A DNA stretch of 64,000 nucleotides, from assembly GCA_951406725.2 (NCBI GenBank), contig OX597833.1, positions 55,180,001-55,244,000 of the forward strand. Direction: 5' to 3'. Within the stretch, counting starts at the first letter, position 1. Each line of letters begins with the position of its first letter. Source of the stretch: Octopus vulgaris. Taxonomy: Eukaryota. This document shows, piece after piece, positions 47,796-61,791 of the stretch. The notes beneath the pieces were generated by a model. The model did not search any database and was not told the DNA's origin. It worked only from the letters and a program-made list of their open reading frames with translations. The position numbers were made by a program, and so were the translations under genes.

Positions 47796-47960
47796 TATGT
47801 ATGACAGGTTTCTTTCAGTGTCCGTCTACCAAATCCACTCACAAGGCTTTGGTCGGCCCAAGGCTATAGCAGAAGACACTTGCCCAAGATGCCACGCAGA
47901 GGGACTGAACCCGGAAATTTGTGGTTGGTAAGCAAGCTACTTACCACACAGCCACTCCTA
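47020..47960 (-). mobile_element. Two adjacent SINE A copies, the first interrupted by an HH-4 element
   Basis: Copies at about 47020-47644 and 47645-47960. Confidence 0.85.
47250..47440 (+). mobile_element. Family HH-4 pLTR-like element inside the SINE A microsatellite
   Basis: Motif at 47316-47351: CUUU-CUGUCAA-A-GAGC-AUAC-GCUC-AAAA-CG-UA-AAAG (two core G>A changes, both consistent with CpG decay). Confidence 0.65.
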
Positions 47961-48372
47961 CTTAGAAATTATCGCAGGTAACTGGATTCAAACTCTGACC
48001 AGTGAGGTTCTGAATAATTATTTACTGAATTCAGTTGTTGTGGATTCGTTAAGTCTAGACCTGCGTTATCACAGCTCTGAACTACTTTGGTGCATTTCTG
48101 TTGCATGCGACTGTTGCGCTGTTGCAATGTAGTGCAGCATTCTGGTGAAAGAGTGATGGTGTTATTGCAGCTGTTGTCAAGGTTCCTAATGCAATTACTT
48201 ATCTTTCGTGCAGCGTATATTCTCCGCTAAGACAATATCTTATTTTTAGCTCATGTTGGAATTGTGTATGTGCACAGATGCACGTTCAGACGCATGCACA
48301 AATGTGTGTGTATATATATATATAAACATCTTAGTGCTAAAGATAAATATCTTAAGTAGTGTGTTATATATA

Positions 48373-48539
<167 letters not shown>

Positions 48540-48814
48540 TATATCTATATCTATATGAGAGAGAGTGAGAGAGATAAACATCTTATGTTCTATAGTTAGA
48601 TGTACACATAATTTCATAAGTGGTTTCTGTGTGACAAGTGAACAAGAGAGCTTCTGTGCTGTTACTTGGATTCAGTAGAAATAGAAACTAAATCTCTCTT
48701 AAATCACAACTTACCTGCTAAAAAGGAGAGGATATTGGACAATATGTTTCTAGTCGTACTGTCTGATAAAATGTAAAGAAAAAGGGGAAAAAAATAACGT
48801 ATATATATATGTAT

Positions 48815-49118
48815 AGGCGCAAGAGTGGCTGTGTGGTAAGAAGCTTGCTTCCCAACCACATGGTTCCAGGTTCAGTGCCCCTGCATGGCACCATGAGCAA
48901 GTGTCTTCTACTATAGCCTCAGGCCAACCAAAACGTTCTGAGTGGATTTGGTAGAAGGAAACTGAAAGAAGTCTGTTGTCTGTGTGTGTGTGTGTGTATA
49001 TTTATGTATGTATTTGTGTGTATGTGTTTGTTCTCTCACCATTGCTTGACAACCGATGCTGGTGTGTTTACGTCCTCTGTAACTTAGCGATTCGGCAAAA
49101 GAGACCGATAGAATAAGC
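48815..49118 (+). mobile_element. SINE family A lacking its tail
   Basis: Match from GGCGCAAGAGTGGCTGTGTGG to GAGACCGATAGAATAAG. Confidence 0.88.
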
Positions 49119-49899
49119 CATCAGGTGTACTGTTGCCAGGTTTCAGGAAGCATGGAAGTTTTGAAGGATGTAGTGTTTTGACAGCTAACACCTGATGTAT
49201 AGTTGTATATATGTGTGTATTTGTGTGTGTGTGTGTATATATATATATACACAGACTCACATCTATGTGTGTTTATGTATATATATGTATGTATGTATGT
49301 GTGTGATATAATAGCGTAAGAAGTTTATATTTGGTTTTGTTGTTTAGCATCAGGTTAGTCCTTCTTGAGCTGGTCTGTGAACAGATGCATACCAGTCATG
49401 ACCCTCCATGTGTGTTATGCACCCAGGGTCACATATACAAACTATCCTTCTTTTCTAAGATGGTAATTTGTGATCCGATGGTGATTTAGCTGCTACTTCC
49501 TGCACGTTGACCATATAAAGGCTCGCAGAAATTCCCCTTTAGCATATCAGGTATATAGCCATTTGGAACGGTCTCTTGGGGGAATGCAGGGATACAGTCA
49601 AGTGACAGGAAGCTATCCTAAATGAATATTTTTCCAAACGCTGATTATATAACCTCAAACTGGTCCTTTAGTTGCTGTGTGTATCAGTTACCACCTGAAA
49701 CCTCCTCTGTGTATTAAAAGTTTGTGAAATAAATTTCCTATTTACTCTGCTCTGGAATTACCAACACAATGCTCATACTCACTAGTACATGTGTGTGTGT
49801 GTGTGTGGAGAGAGAGAAAGAGAGAGAGAGAGAGAATAATAAGGTAGTCAATATTCTCAATATCTGTATATCACTTCAAAAACTTTCTACATTTACCAT

Positions 49900-50450
<551 letters not shown>

Positions 50451-51774
50451 TTGAAATCATTCTAACCATTTACTCTGAAAATTTTAGCTGTAGTATGCTT
50501 GCTTGTTAAAATAATTGAAAAAACAAAACAAAAGAAACTCACGTAAAACCTAAATAGACACAAGAGAGAGAGAGAGAGAAATGGATGAGTAGATAGATAG
50601 ATAAATAGATGAAATGCATGTTTGTGATGTTTTATTTGTTGCCGTTAGTGGCAACGACAGTAGTACATGCAGTGTGTGCGGTCATTAGTTTTAATCTGAG
50701 ATACTGAGCCATAGGTATGTGTTTATTGCTAGTCTGTGGAGGGTTGTTACGGACGGGGTGACTCAAACGAGACATCTCGGCTAAAACCATGTACCTCTCG
50801 TTTTCTCTCTTACCTTGATTCTTTTGCTCTGTCTTCCTTTAACTCTCTCTTTCTCACATGCGCAAAACTGTTGATAATTGATAACGCTACCTACGTAAGG
50901 AGCGGGGGTGTCATAAAACATAACCAGTGTTTATGATGAAGATAAACATCTTAAGTGCTAGCTACGGTTCTGTTCCGGAGCTTCTAGTCCGGTAATTGCA
51001 GCGTAGGAGATAAAGTATACGTGGAAATGACCAATTGAATTCCATGAAGACAATTTCAACTACTCTCAATCACCTGTAATTGACCGTGCTTCGCCATTAT
51101 AAGTTCTAAAAAAAAATGCATAAGTAACATAAAATAAAATAATGGGGGTAGAAGAAATGTGCCAAAAAGTATTTTATTACTAATTTTACGATGTAAAAGA
51201 CAGAGTTTTTCTGTATTTGGCTAATCTGCAATGCAGATGTACGACGGCATATAATACATATTGGGTAATGAATATAGATAGATTCCAGTCAAATCTCTCT
51301 CTCTCATCTCCGCTCACCTCCCTCGACTCTATTTGCCATTATGATCAGTTGGCATGGTAATTGGAAGTTACAGTTGGCCAAGGAGGTAAGAAATCGAATT
51401 GCTGGTTAAACAGTCGGTGCCTCATTTAATATCTCATCATTGTTGATATATTGTGTCCTTGGTCAAGACATTTATCATTCAATGGCCTCATCTGCCTACC
51501 TTAAATTGATGCTGTAAGAAAACACGGTTTCTTTCGGTATATTAGCAACAGGTGCAAATTATTATTTCTTTGGCTTGTTTCACTGAGCTCAACCTGTGCG
51601 TCTCTATCTCTTTCTCATGATCATTGCTGTCACCACTGAAATAAGACAAGATCTTGCTCTAGAGTGGAACGGATTTCTCTTGCACTTAATGCTTTGCAAG
51701 CTTTTATAAATTTCGGCTCAGCATTTGTTTTGAGTAAGGTTTAGTGATGACTTGGCTGAATGGTTGTATTTCTT

Positions 51775-52372
51775 ATTCCTTTACTACTCACAAGGGGTTA
51801 AACACAGAGAGGACAAAGAAGGACGGACAAAGGGATTAAGTCAATTATATTGACCCCAGTGCGTAACTGGTACTTATTTAATCGACCCCGAAAGGATGAA
51901 TGGCAAAGTCGACCTCAGCGGAATTTAAACTCAGAACGTAGCGGCAGACGAAATACCTATTTCTTTACTACCCACAAGGGGCTAAACACAGAGAGGACAA
52001 ACAAGGACAGACAAAGGGATTAAGTCGATTATATCGACCCCAGTGCGTAACTGGTACTTATTTAATCGACCCCGAAAGGATGAATGGCAAAGTCGACCTC
52101 AGCGGAATTTGAACTCAGAACATAGCGGCAGACGAAATACCTATTTTTTTTACTACCCACAAGGGGCTAAACACAGAGAGGACAAACAAGGACAGACAAA
52201 TGGATTAAGTCAATTATATCAACCCCAGTGCGTAACTGGTACTTATTTAATCAACCCCGAAAGGATGAATGGCAAAGTCGACCTTGGCGGAATTTGAACT
52301 CAGAATGTAACGTCAGACAAAATACCGCTAAGCCATTCGCCCGGCGTACTAACGTTTCTGCCAGCTCGCCGC
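51775..52372 (-). mobile_element. SINE family B: head plus three tandem units
   Basis: Units joined at GAAATACC|TATTT; head ...AACGTTTCTGCCAGCTCGCCGC at about 52350-52372. Confidence 0.92.
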
Positions 52373-53089
52373 GTTGAATAGAGGTCCTTTCTTTTCTTTC
52401 TCTCCTACAAGAACTTTGTGCAAGGTGCAATACATGGTAGTGGTATGCTCCAAAGATCTATTTATGGTATCATCATCAGAGAGAGAACCATTTCTTGCAA
52501 GAAGCACCTCCAGTTCTCTGCCATAACTGAGTGATAAAAAGGGTTGTTCAAATGTAAATTTTTTTAACTTTACATTTGAACAACAGTAATTTTGCACAAA
52601 TCTCTTAAATTTTTGAATCTTGTCAACCTATTCTAGTGCATCTAATTAAGGGATAGAAAATCTTATTGAAGATAAGAGCTTGGTTTCTATAAATAGCTTG
52701 AGAGAGTTTAGGATTTTGAATTTAACATTTAGAAATCCTTCAAAAATCATTATTCCATTAAGAAATTTGCCAAGTTGTCTTGGCATATCAAAACAAATGG
52801 AGAATTATTGCTTGACAAAGTATATTGATTTGAATGAATGGTTTCAAAGGTTACTACTGCTAAATAATTGAGAATGTTGAGTTGTATTAGTAGGCAGTTA
52901 GGTCATACCTACCCAAACTAAAACTGCCACCTCTTAGTATTCTGTATGATATGATTCTATCCGATAGGCTATTGGTCTTTTAGTTCCATACCATTTGAAG
53001 TCACCCGTTTCAAGTTGTTCTTGTTTTAAAGGAAGTAATGAGCTTTCTTGTCTAAGGGTGGAAGCTTTAACCTCTTTCTTTATCATACA

Positions 53090-53484
53090 CTAGCAGTATC
53101 GCCCGGTATTGCTCGGGTTTGCTTCGACCCTTTAGAATTGGAATTTTTGAAAAGTAAAAATTTTGCATTATGTAGCTTGTTATTCTCTTTAAGTGAACAT
53201 TTTCCTGGTTGAAATATACCGAAAAATGGTGACACAGCAGTCACAAAATTGTAAAAAAATAGGGATTTTCATAGAAAAAAAGCACCTTTTTTATGTAAAT
53301 AATTTTTGGTGTTAACATGGTCCGATTCGAATTTGTTCTTCTAAAGAAGGAAGAACAAGTCTTCTTCTATCATACTTTCAATTTTGGTCAACTTGAGCCA
53401 CAGGGTCTCAGAGGAGATAGTGTTAGTTGAAGGCTACCAAACCTGCCATACACAGACAACTTCAGCTTTATGTATATAGAGAGA
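53090..53484 (-). mobile_element. Non-autonomous Helitron
   Basis: Minus strand has a 5' TC(TC)TATATACATAAAGCTGAAGTTG start and a 3' hairpin CCCGAGCAATACCGGG followed by CTAG, inserted between A and T; a 5' fragment is also at about 61194-61247. Confidence 0.8.
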
Positions 53485-54189
53485 TTTTCATTCTGTAACT
53501 TTTGCTCTTAAAACCAATGCACATGTTACTAGATTTGTGTAATTTATTTTTGGAGATGTTTTTGGTCTAGCCAAAACTTTTGTGCATTTGTGTTGTTTCT
53601 GAAGTGTGTGACCGAGCTTACCTGTAAATGTCATAATAAAAATTCTGTAAAAAAAGATCAGGATATTTAAAAAAAATTTTTTTTTTAGAGTTACTTGTAT
53701 ATCCACGCCCGCTATTAATTACATTTATTATCAACATCTTTGCAATCACCTTATTTTTGTGCATCTGTTTTTTTTTTACTTGTTATATCATTAATTAACA
53801 ATCATACCTGCACAAAATTATTTTTAGCTCAAATAGCTATTTTACATTAAAAATAAAGAAAACACTAAGTGTTTTTTGCTACGTAGCCAATTTTCACAAT
53901 TATATGACCACAAGTGAATCATGCTATGAGCATTTGAATAAACAAGCCCATTTTAAGGAGAGTTTTTCTTCAGTCTTTACAGGATTGAGCTTTTGGCTTG
54001 GAAAATTTTCAATACGATATTGAAAATTAATATAAATTGGTAAATATAAAAAAATATATGATTTCCATTTCATCATATAAATCGTAGTTTAGTGAATGAA
54101 ATTCTGTGCACAATGGTTACTATTCTGATGTTAGACAAACACAATTTTTCACAGCCTTTGATGTTTAATGCATATATTAGCACACAACA

Positions 54190-54480
54190 CTGTTACGCAC
54201 AAATGCTCCAAAAGTTCAGCTCCATTATTTATAAAATGCAGTTGAAACATTGGCAGATATTTGACATTGGGGCTCAGTGGCTTTAAAAGAAAGATAAAAT
54301 TCATCTCATTTGAGACACTGCCCAAGCTAAGAATAGAGAAAGAAAAAATTATATGGTACAACTCCACTTACAACTTCCAAGACACCACATATGCTGCCAA
54401 ATGCTTCCTTAAATTTGCCAAAAAGCATTTCCTCAATTCACAAGCTGTAACAGCAAGCACAGAAACTTATCTTTTGCAAG
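54190..54480 (+). pseudogene. Decayed Penelope-like element ORF fragment (region C-terminal to the RT core)
   Basis: SGFKRKIKF...EKIIWYNSTYNFQDTTYAAKCFLKFAKKHF resembles the recalled PLE motif RKIIWFNPPYSxxVxTNIGKxFLxLIxKHFP. Confidence 0.65.
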
Positions 54481-54513
54481 AAATTCTCCACTGTTGCGTG
54501 TGTTATATAAATA

Positions 54514-54826
54514 TCACCGTCACCGTCACTGACCAGGCTATCAGATGTTGCTACACATCGCTGGTCACAATGCGCTTCGCATTGTTTTTGGCCTTCAAAT
54601 GACGCCACCCCGCTGGCTAAGCGAGCAGGCCAACAGAAGAAAGAGTGAGAGAAAGTTGTGGCGAAAGAGTACAGCAGGGATCGCCACAACCCCCTGCCAG
54701 AGCCTTGTGGTGCTTTTTAGGTGTTTTCACTCAATAAACACTCACAACGCCCGGTCTGGGAATCGAAACTGCAATCCTACGACCGCGAGTCCGCTGCCCT
54801 AACCACTGGGCCATTGCACCCCCACG
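54514..54826 (-). mobile_element. SINE family D, full length
   Basis: Reverse complement of about 44409-44706; flanked by ATATAAATAT direct repeats. Confidence 0.9.
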
Positions 54827-55095
54827 TGTGATATAAATATATCTATACCTAAATGTATCCAATCATCCTTGTATCTACATATATGTATACTTACATATAT
54901 TTTGTATACTTGTCTTTCCTTCTCTATATGTATATCACACCATATACATCTTGTGTATTTACATGCATATCTCATATGTGAATATGTATAACTGCATATC
55001 TTCATACACACATATATATATTTTGGCATATGTACTTGTATCTGTGCATGTCTATCAATGTATGTTTGTGTATATTATACTTATGTTTCTATAAA

Positions 55096-55326
55096 TGTGG
55101 CGAGCTGGCAGAAACGTTAGCTCGCTGGGCGAAATGCTTAGCGGTATTTCGTCTGTTGTTACTTTCTGAGTTCAAATTCCACCGAGGTCGACTTTGCCTT
55201 TCATCCTTTCGTGGTCGATAAATAAAGTACCAGTTTCGAACTGGGGTCAATGTAATCGAATTAATCCCTTTATCTGTCCTTGTTTGTCCCCTCAGTGTTT
55301 GGCCCCTTGTGGGTAGTAAAGAAATA
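55096..55326 (+). mobile_element. SINE family B monomer
   Basis: Head plus a single unit ending AAAGAAATA. Confidence 0.9.
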
Positions 55327-55397
55327 TATACTTATGTTTCTGTATATTTTTAGCAATATAATATACACATGTGAATCCATCTGTGTGTATATGTCTG

Positions 55398-55428
<31 letters not shown>

Positions 55429-55435
55429 ATGTGTG

Positions 55436-55534
<99 letters not shown>

Positions 55535-56464
55535 CTGTAGGTATGCACATATTCACGCTTATGTGTATATACATGGAGCCATACATATAGAGATGTACAT
55601 GTGTATTTATATGTGTGTGTTTGTATGCCTATTTCTGTATATCTGTATTTCTGACGATGTGTGCATGTGTGTCTGCGCCCCCTTTTTGTTCCATATCTTT
55701 GTCTATTTGTGCAGTTATGCACCTGTCTGTCCAGCTATGCCCTTCCCCATGTACACATTCCCCTGATTCCGTTTTCGTCTTCTATTAACTAGGAAACACA
55801 ATTGGTTTTTTTCTCCCACCCCTCTTCTCCATCCTCCCTCGCAAACACTCAAGTCCCCCACTCCAAAAAAATAAAACACACCCTACACTTCTCATCCTTT
55901 CTCCCACAGATAATTCATTCGTTGGAAAACATCAAATTCCTACAAACGGACATTGCCATTTTCTCCTTCCCCAAAAATTCTTCATAAGCTAACAAACAAC
56001 CTATTAGACTTCTCTCTCTCTAAATAAGAATTTTTTTCATGCACCAATAAACTCCGTTTTCACAAACATTCATGCCTGACAAATTAAACTCATTCATATT
56101 TATTCTTTGCCTATTTCCTCACCACCTTTTCCCTTTAATTTTCTTTTTTTCTATCTCATCACAAAAAAAGGCACCTATATTTACATAGCCTACAAATCTG
56201 CCCTCCCCTCCTATATCCATTCATCCCTCAAACTAACTTTCACTAAATCACTGCATTCCAATAAAAGCAAATTAAAATCCGCTCCCCAAAATAATAAATA
56301 AAACCCTTCCCCTGACAGCAACACTGAATTTCTGACCTAAATAAATACTGCCTCATCTCAAAAATGTCCTAGAATTTCAACAATTCTCAGATGAAACTGC
56401 TTGCTGGTTTCTGTGAGGCTTTGGATATTCTAATTACCTGGAATAAAAATAACTTTTATCTTCT

Positions 56465-57132
56465 GTTTTTCTACTCGTTTCAGTCATTGAACTCTGGCCA
56501 TGCTGGGGCACCGCTTTGAAGGGTTTAGTCAAACAAATCAACCCCAGTATTTATTTATTTTTTTGAACTGGTGCTTTTTCTATCAGACTCTTTTGCTGAA
56601 CTGTTAAGTTACAGGGATGTAAATAAACCAGTACGAGTCGTTAAGTGGCGATGGGAGACAAACACATATACAAACTTAGGGCTTCTTTCAGTTTCCATCT
56701 ACCGAATTCACTCACAAGGTTTTGGTTGACCTGTGGCTGTAGTAGAAGACATGTGCTCAAGGTGTCATGCAGTGGGACTGAATGACAGGTTCAGTCCCAC
56801 TGCGTGGCACCTTGGGGCAAGTATCTTCTACTTTAGCCTCGGGCCGACCAAAGCCTTCTGAGTGGATTTGGTAGACGGAAACTGAAAGAATCCCGTCGTA
56901 TATATATGTATACGTATATATATATGTGTTTGTGTGTCTGTGTTTGTCCCCCCAACATTGCTTGACAACCGATGCTGGTGTGTTTACGTCCCCATAACTT
57001 AGCGGTTCGGCAAAATAGACCGATAGAATAAGTATTAGGCTTACAAAGAATAATTCCTGGGGTCTATTTGCTCGACTAAAGGCGGTGCTCTAGCATGGCT
57101 GCAGTCAAATGACTGAAACAAGTAAAAGAGTA
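56465..57132. mobile_element. Head-to-head fused pair of SINE A copies
   Basis: Minus copy at about 56465-56782 and plus copy at about 56789-57132; junction GCAGTGGGACTGAA-TGACAGG-TTCAGTCCCACTGC. Confidence 0.9.
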
Positions 57133-57284
57133 GTGATAAGACCTTTTATCGACAGTTCATTCTGTTAATGCCTGTGGCTTACCCCAAGGATTTAGTAACA
57201 GCACGTGTCAGGTTTATAGGGGTAGGTAGGTAAAACTTTAGCTAAGTGGTTATTTTTAATGGTCAGTATTTCCATATTTTGGGC

Positions 57285-57682
57285 ATACAAGCCACCAAAA
57301 TGAGGTTCCTTTGATGGATCTTCAGATCTAATGTTACTTGATCAGGCATGCAACTTAGAGATCAAGGGGTCTCTCTAGGTCAACCTCCTACTTTTCTGCA
57401 TTGAGAGGTCATAGTTCTGTACTATGAACATGTGATTAGAATGTTGCTGGAGAGAATGGTAAGATGGGTTCTTCAGGGCAATCCAACTGGCAGGAAACCT
57501 TGGGATAGATCAAGAAAAAGATGGTTGGATAATATCCATAGCCTCAGTTGGTTGCCCTGGGGGAATCCAAGCTGAAAGTATCATGCGAGTTGCTTCTGAT
57601 AGGACCCTGTGAAGGAAGTGCCCAGGGTCTCTACTCCTATAGCCATACCAAGAACTGTGTGCAAAATAAAAGGATGGATGGA
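57285..57682 (+). pseudogene. RTE-clade LINE 3' fragment (Expander/Rex3-like), decayed
   Basis: Hand translation with stops and frameshifts: IQATKMRFL*WIF / LLDQACNLEIKGSL*VNLLLFCIERS* / HVIRMLLERMVRWVLQGNPTGRKPWDRSRKRWLDNI; ends in (GGAT)n. Confidence 0.85.
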
Positions 57683-58612
57683 GTATTTAAGTTTTAACTT
57701 AGGAAATATTTCAGAATTTAGAATATATTTTCTCATTGTCAATAGTTAACTGTCCTCGTTTAAATTTTTTAATCATGCCAACCTGTTGCTTGCATAGGAG
57801 AAGATTGGAAATTATTTCTTTTGGGTGTTGTTGCTATGTGGATGTTTTTTTTTTTTAATTATTAATTTACATATGAAATAGTTCAAATTTTAAAATAACA
57901 TACTCTACATAATGACCTCAGTGAATCACCATCATCGTTATCTTCATCATCATAGACCATCGTAGACTGTGACACTCTATGCTACAGTGGAAAAATTAAC
58001 TGAGACGCCATTGGTTTCAGAGGGTATATGTAGATTATTGCTGCTTATAATTATAATAATAATTATTATTTTTATTATTATTATTATTTATTAATTTACA
58101 TTTGGAAATAATTCTGAATTTGAAATAACATTTTCCAAGCATTAACAAAAGTTAATTGTCATAATTTAAAATTTTATCACATGCTAGCATGGAGAAATTA
58201 CTTTAAAATGAAATTAAAAAAAAAAAAAAAAAGAAACGCAACTTCCTTCTGCCTCCTCCTCTTTCTCTTCCTCCCCCTATCCCTTCTCCTCTCTCTCTCC
58301 TTGTCTTTCTCTTCCTCTCTTTTGGAAATAGCATTTTTAAAAATTAATTTGCATTTCAAAATAATTCACATATTAGTTACACATACTCCAAGTATAATCA
58401 TCGCAGCCAACGTGTTTCTGTCGCAGAGAATTTTTACCGAGAAACTTAACTATTGGTTTCTGACTGTTATTGACTTATGTAAATGGATTTTTGTCTTTTT
58501 TTTTTTCTTTTCTTTATATTTTCATTTATTTAATTCAAATTACTAAATAGTTCAGACTTTCGGAACACTGGTATACTTCAACACCATTTTTGTCATCACA
58601 TCATTCGCTCTA

Positions 58613-59075
58613 TCATCATCATCATCATCATCATCATCGTTTAACGTCCGCTTTCCATGCTAGCATGGGTTGGACGGTTCAACTGGGGTCTGGCAAGCCC
58701 GAAGGCTGCACCAGGCCAGTCAGATCTGGCAGTGTTTCTACAGCTGGATGCCCTTCCTAACGCCAACCACTCCGAGAGTGTAGTGGGTGATTTTATGTGC
58801 CACCGACACAGGTGCCAGACGAGGCTGGCAGACGGCCACACTCGGATGGTGTTTTTTATATGCCACCGACACAGGTGCCAGACGAGGCTGGCTGACGGCC
58901 ACGCTCGGATGGTGTTTCCTTATGTGTCACCGACACAGGTGCCAGACGAGGCTGGCGGACGGCCACACTCGAAGGGTGTTTGTTACGTGCCCTCAGCACG
59001 GAGGCCGGTCGTTGCGGTACTGGCTACGGTCACGTTCGGATGGTTTTCTTATGTGCCACCGGCACTGGTACCACA
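58613..59075 (-). mobile_element. Family C with internal tandem repeats of about 63 bp
   Basis: (CAT)n start on +, GGATGCCCTTCCTAACGCCAACC core, three CACCGACACAGGTGCCAGACGAGGCTGGC units. Confidence 0.9.
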
Positions 59076-59127
59076 AGGATACAAATTCCATTGATGTTCA
59101 TCTATTTTGATTTGGTTCGATTATATA

Positions 59128-59508
59128 TCTCTCTCTATATAAACGGCAGTTTGTCTGTGCGTGTTTCTGTGTGTCTGTTTTCTTGTACCCTCACCCTGAC
59201 CACGGCTTTCAACCGATTCTGATGAAACTTGACACACACATAGCCCAATGTCATAATTCAAAACTAACGCAGCGAAAATTTTGAAAAGTTCCCCCAGTTC
59301 TGAAAAATCGATAAATTCGACATGGGGTCGAGAATCAGAAACACGAACCGCAAACTGTCTAGGGGACGCAACTCCACCTTTTTTTAACTAAAAAAAAATT
59401 TACCATCATTTTTTCCCATTTTTTTTGCTATTTTTTGGCTATAACTCTCTAAAAATGCTTTATAGTTATTTCCTTACAAACCTGAGCAACGCCGGGCGAT
59501 ACTGCTAG
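59128..59508 (+). mobile_element. Non-autonomous Helitron (same 3' end as 53090-53484, different interior)
   Basis: A|TCTCTCTCTATATAAACGGCAG...CCTGAGCAACGCCGGGCGATACTGCTAG|T. Confidence 0.82.
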
Positions 59509-60044
59509 TATATATATATATATATATATATATATTTACAGACCTTGCCAACCTGTGTTAGCATCGAGAAACAAATTCTTAAATGATTGCCGGATCGGTT
59601 CCTCGTGAAGGTGATGGCATCAGTAGTTCTTATTGATTTAAATAAGTGATTTTAAAGTTCAGTGTTTTCAAAATTTTACATCTAGAAATAGTTCAAAAAT
59701 TTAAAATACATTTTTCAGCCTTTACAACAATGGTTTACTTCGCATACTGCCAATTTCACAATTGAAGTTTCTGTAAATAAAGAACTACTGATATTTAATT
59801 TGTGCTTATTGAATTTATATGCTATAAAACTTAATTAAAACTGAGTAATGCAAAATAATGGCCTTACAATTAAATTTATCCTATTCTAACAGTGTTCAAT
59901 CAATACTTGATGTAGTGTTTTGCTGCCGGTTCCTTTTCTGAGAGGAAGAGGAGGACCGTTTGCATTCCAGACGATGATATATTTTCCATTTTCAAAAATT
60001 TCCATTTGTTTATAATATATGCGTGCACGCATGCTCACGCACAC

Positions 60045-60065
60045 ATAAATACATACATGCACACA

Positions 60066-60099
<34 letters not shown>

Positions 60100-60189
60100 C
60101 ATACATATATATATATGTGTGTGTGTGTGTATATATATATATATGTATGTATATATATGTATATATATATATATGTATATATATGTGTG

Positions 60190-60227
<38 letters not shown>

Positions 60228-60259
60228 TATTGTGTATATATACATACATATATATACAC

Positions 60260-60292
<33 letters not shown>

Positions 60293-60315
60293 CACACACA
60301 TATACACATATATAT

Positions 60316-60358
<43 letters not shown>

Positions 60359-60386
60359 TATATATATACACACACACATATATATG
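60045..60386. repeat. Compound CATA/TA/TG microsatellite
   Basis: Directly visible. Confidence 0.97.
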
Positions 60387-61246
60387 TTGTTGCTAACTAT
60401 TGCATTCGTGCGTTTGTTTGTTTGTTACGCTGCAGTGTGTTTGGGATAGAGAGAAGAAAGGGGAGCTGCAAGAGTGGGAAAAGGGGCCACAGACAGAATG
60501 CAAAAGCTGTATCTGTGAACAACGCTTTTATGTGCCTGAGAGAATTTGTGCGTATGTTAACCATATTCATGCGTTACCATTGAAGATCCTGATTGTATGT
60601 GATCCTTCCTATGTCATTGTTTGTGTGTGTGAGAGAGAGAGAGAGAGACTAGATATGTCAGTTTGTATATATGTGTATATATGTGTAGGCTTTTGTACAT
60701 AGGAAAATCGGCATGTGTGTGTATGTATGTGTGTATGCAATCAGGATTGTAATTGCTATCAATCAGAGAATTGAATTTCTAATTACTGAGTTGCTTTGTT
60801 TCTTTCATTAATGGTGTTGTGGGTGGTGGGCGTGAATGGCGTGTGGGGTTGGTTTTGTGGAGGGTTTGTTGTGGTTGCTAATGGTCCATTGGGTCTAAGT
60901 GTTCCTTTGTAGTTCTCAAAGGTGTTTGCTACACCCTTACAGTCCTTACGAATTCCCCCACCCTTACATCCCTTAATTGTATACTGAATGATATCTTGAT
61001 TCAAGAGCCCTCAGCAAATTAAAATTCTTTTTTTTTTCCCCCCAACTCCTAATATCTTTTTATGTAAAAAATCAATGTCAAAATGAAAGGAATGTGTGTG
61101 TGTGTGATAATTTAATGTCTGTTTTCCCTGCTGGTATGGGTTGGACATTTCAATAGGAAGAGGAGACTGCGGATTGCACTGGGCTCCATTATAATCTATA
61201 TATATAAAGCTGAAGTTGTCTGTGTATGGCAGGTTTGGTAGCCCTC

Positions 61247-61781
61247 ACCAAAGCCTTGCGAGTAGATTTTTGCAGATAGAAACTGAAAGTTAAGGCGGCG
61301 AGCTGGCAGAAACGTTAGCATGCCGGACAAAATGCTTAGCGGTATTTCGTCTGTTTTTACGTTCTGAGTTCAAATTCCACCGAAGTCTACTTTACCTTTC
61401 ATCCTTTTGGGGTCGATAAATTAAGTACCAGTTATGCACTGGGGTCGATGTAATCGACTTAATCCCTTTGTTTGTCCTTGTTTGTCCCCTCTATGTTTAG
61501 CCCCTTGTGGGCAATAAGGAAATAAGAAACTGAAAGAAGCCTGTTGTTATACATACATATGTGTGTGTGTGTGTGTTTGTGTCTTTTTGTCTTTGTCTCC
61601 TACCACTGCTTGACAGCCAATGTTGGTGCGTTTATCCCAAAAGAGACTAACAGAATAAGTACTAGTTTTATTTTTAAAAAAAAGAGGTACCGAGTGTTAA
61701 TTCATTTGGCTAAAAATTCCTCAGGGTGGTGCCACTTTGTGGCCACCGCAGTCTAATGACTGAAACAAATTAAAGATAAAA
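61247..61781 (+). mobile_element. SINE A fragment with a nested SINE B (about 61294-61525)
   Basis: AGAAACTGAAAG occurs on both sides of the SINE B insert. Confidence 0.85.
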
Positions 61782-61791
61782 TGCAACAGTA

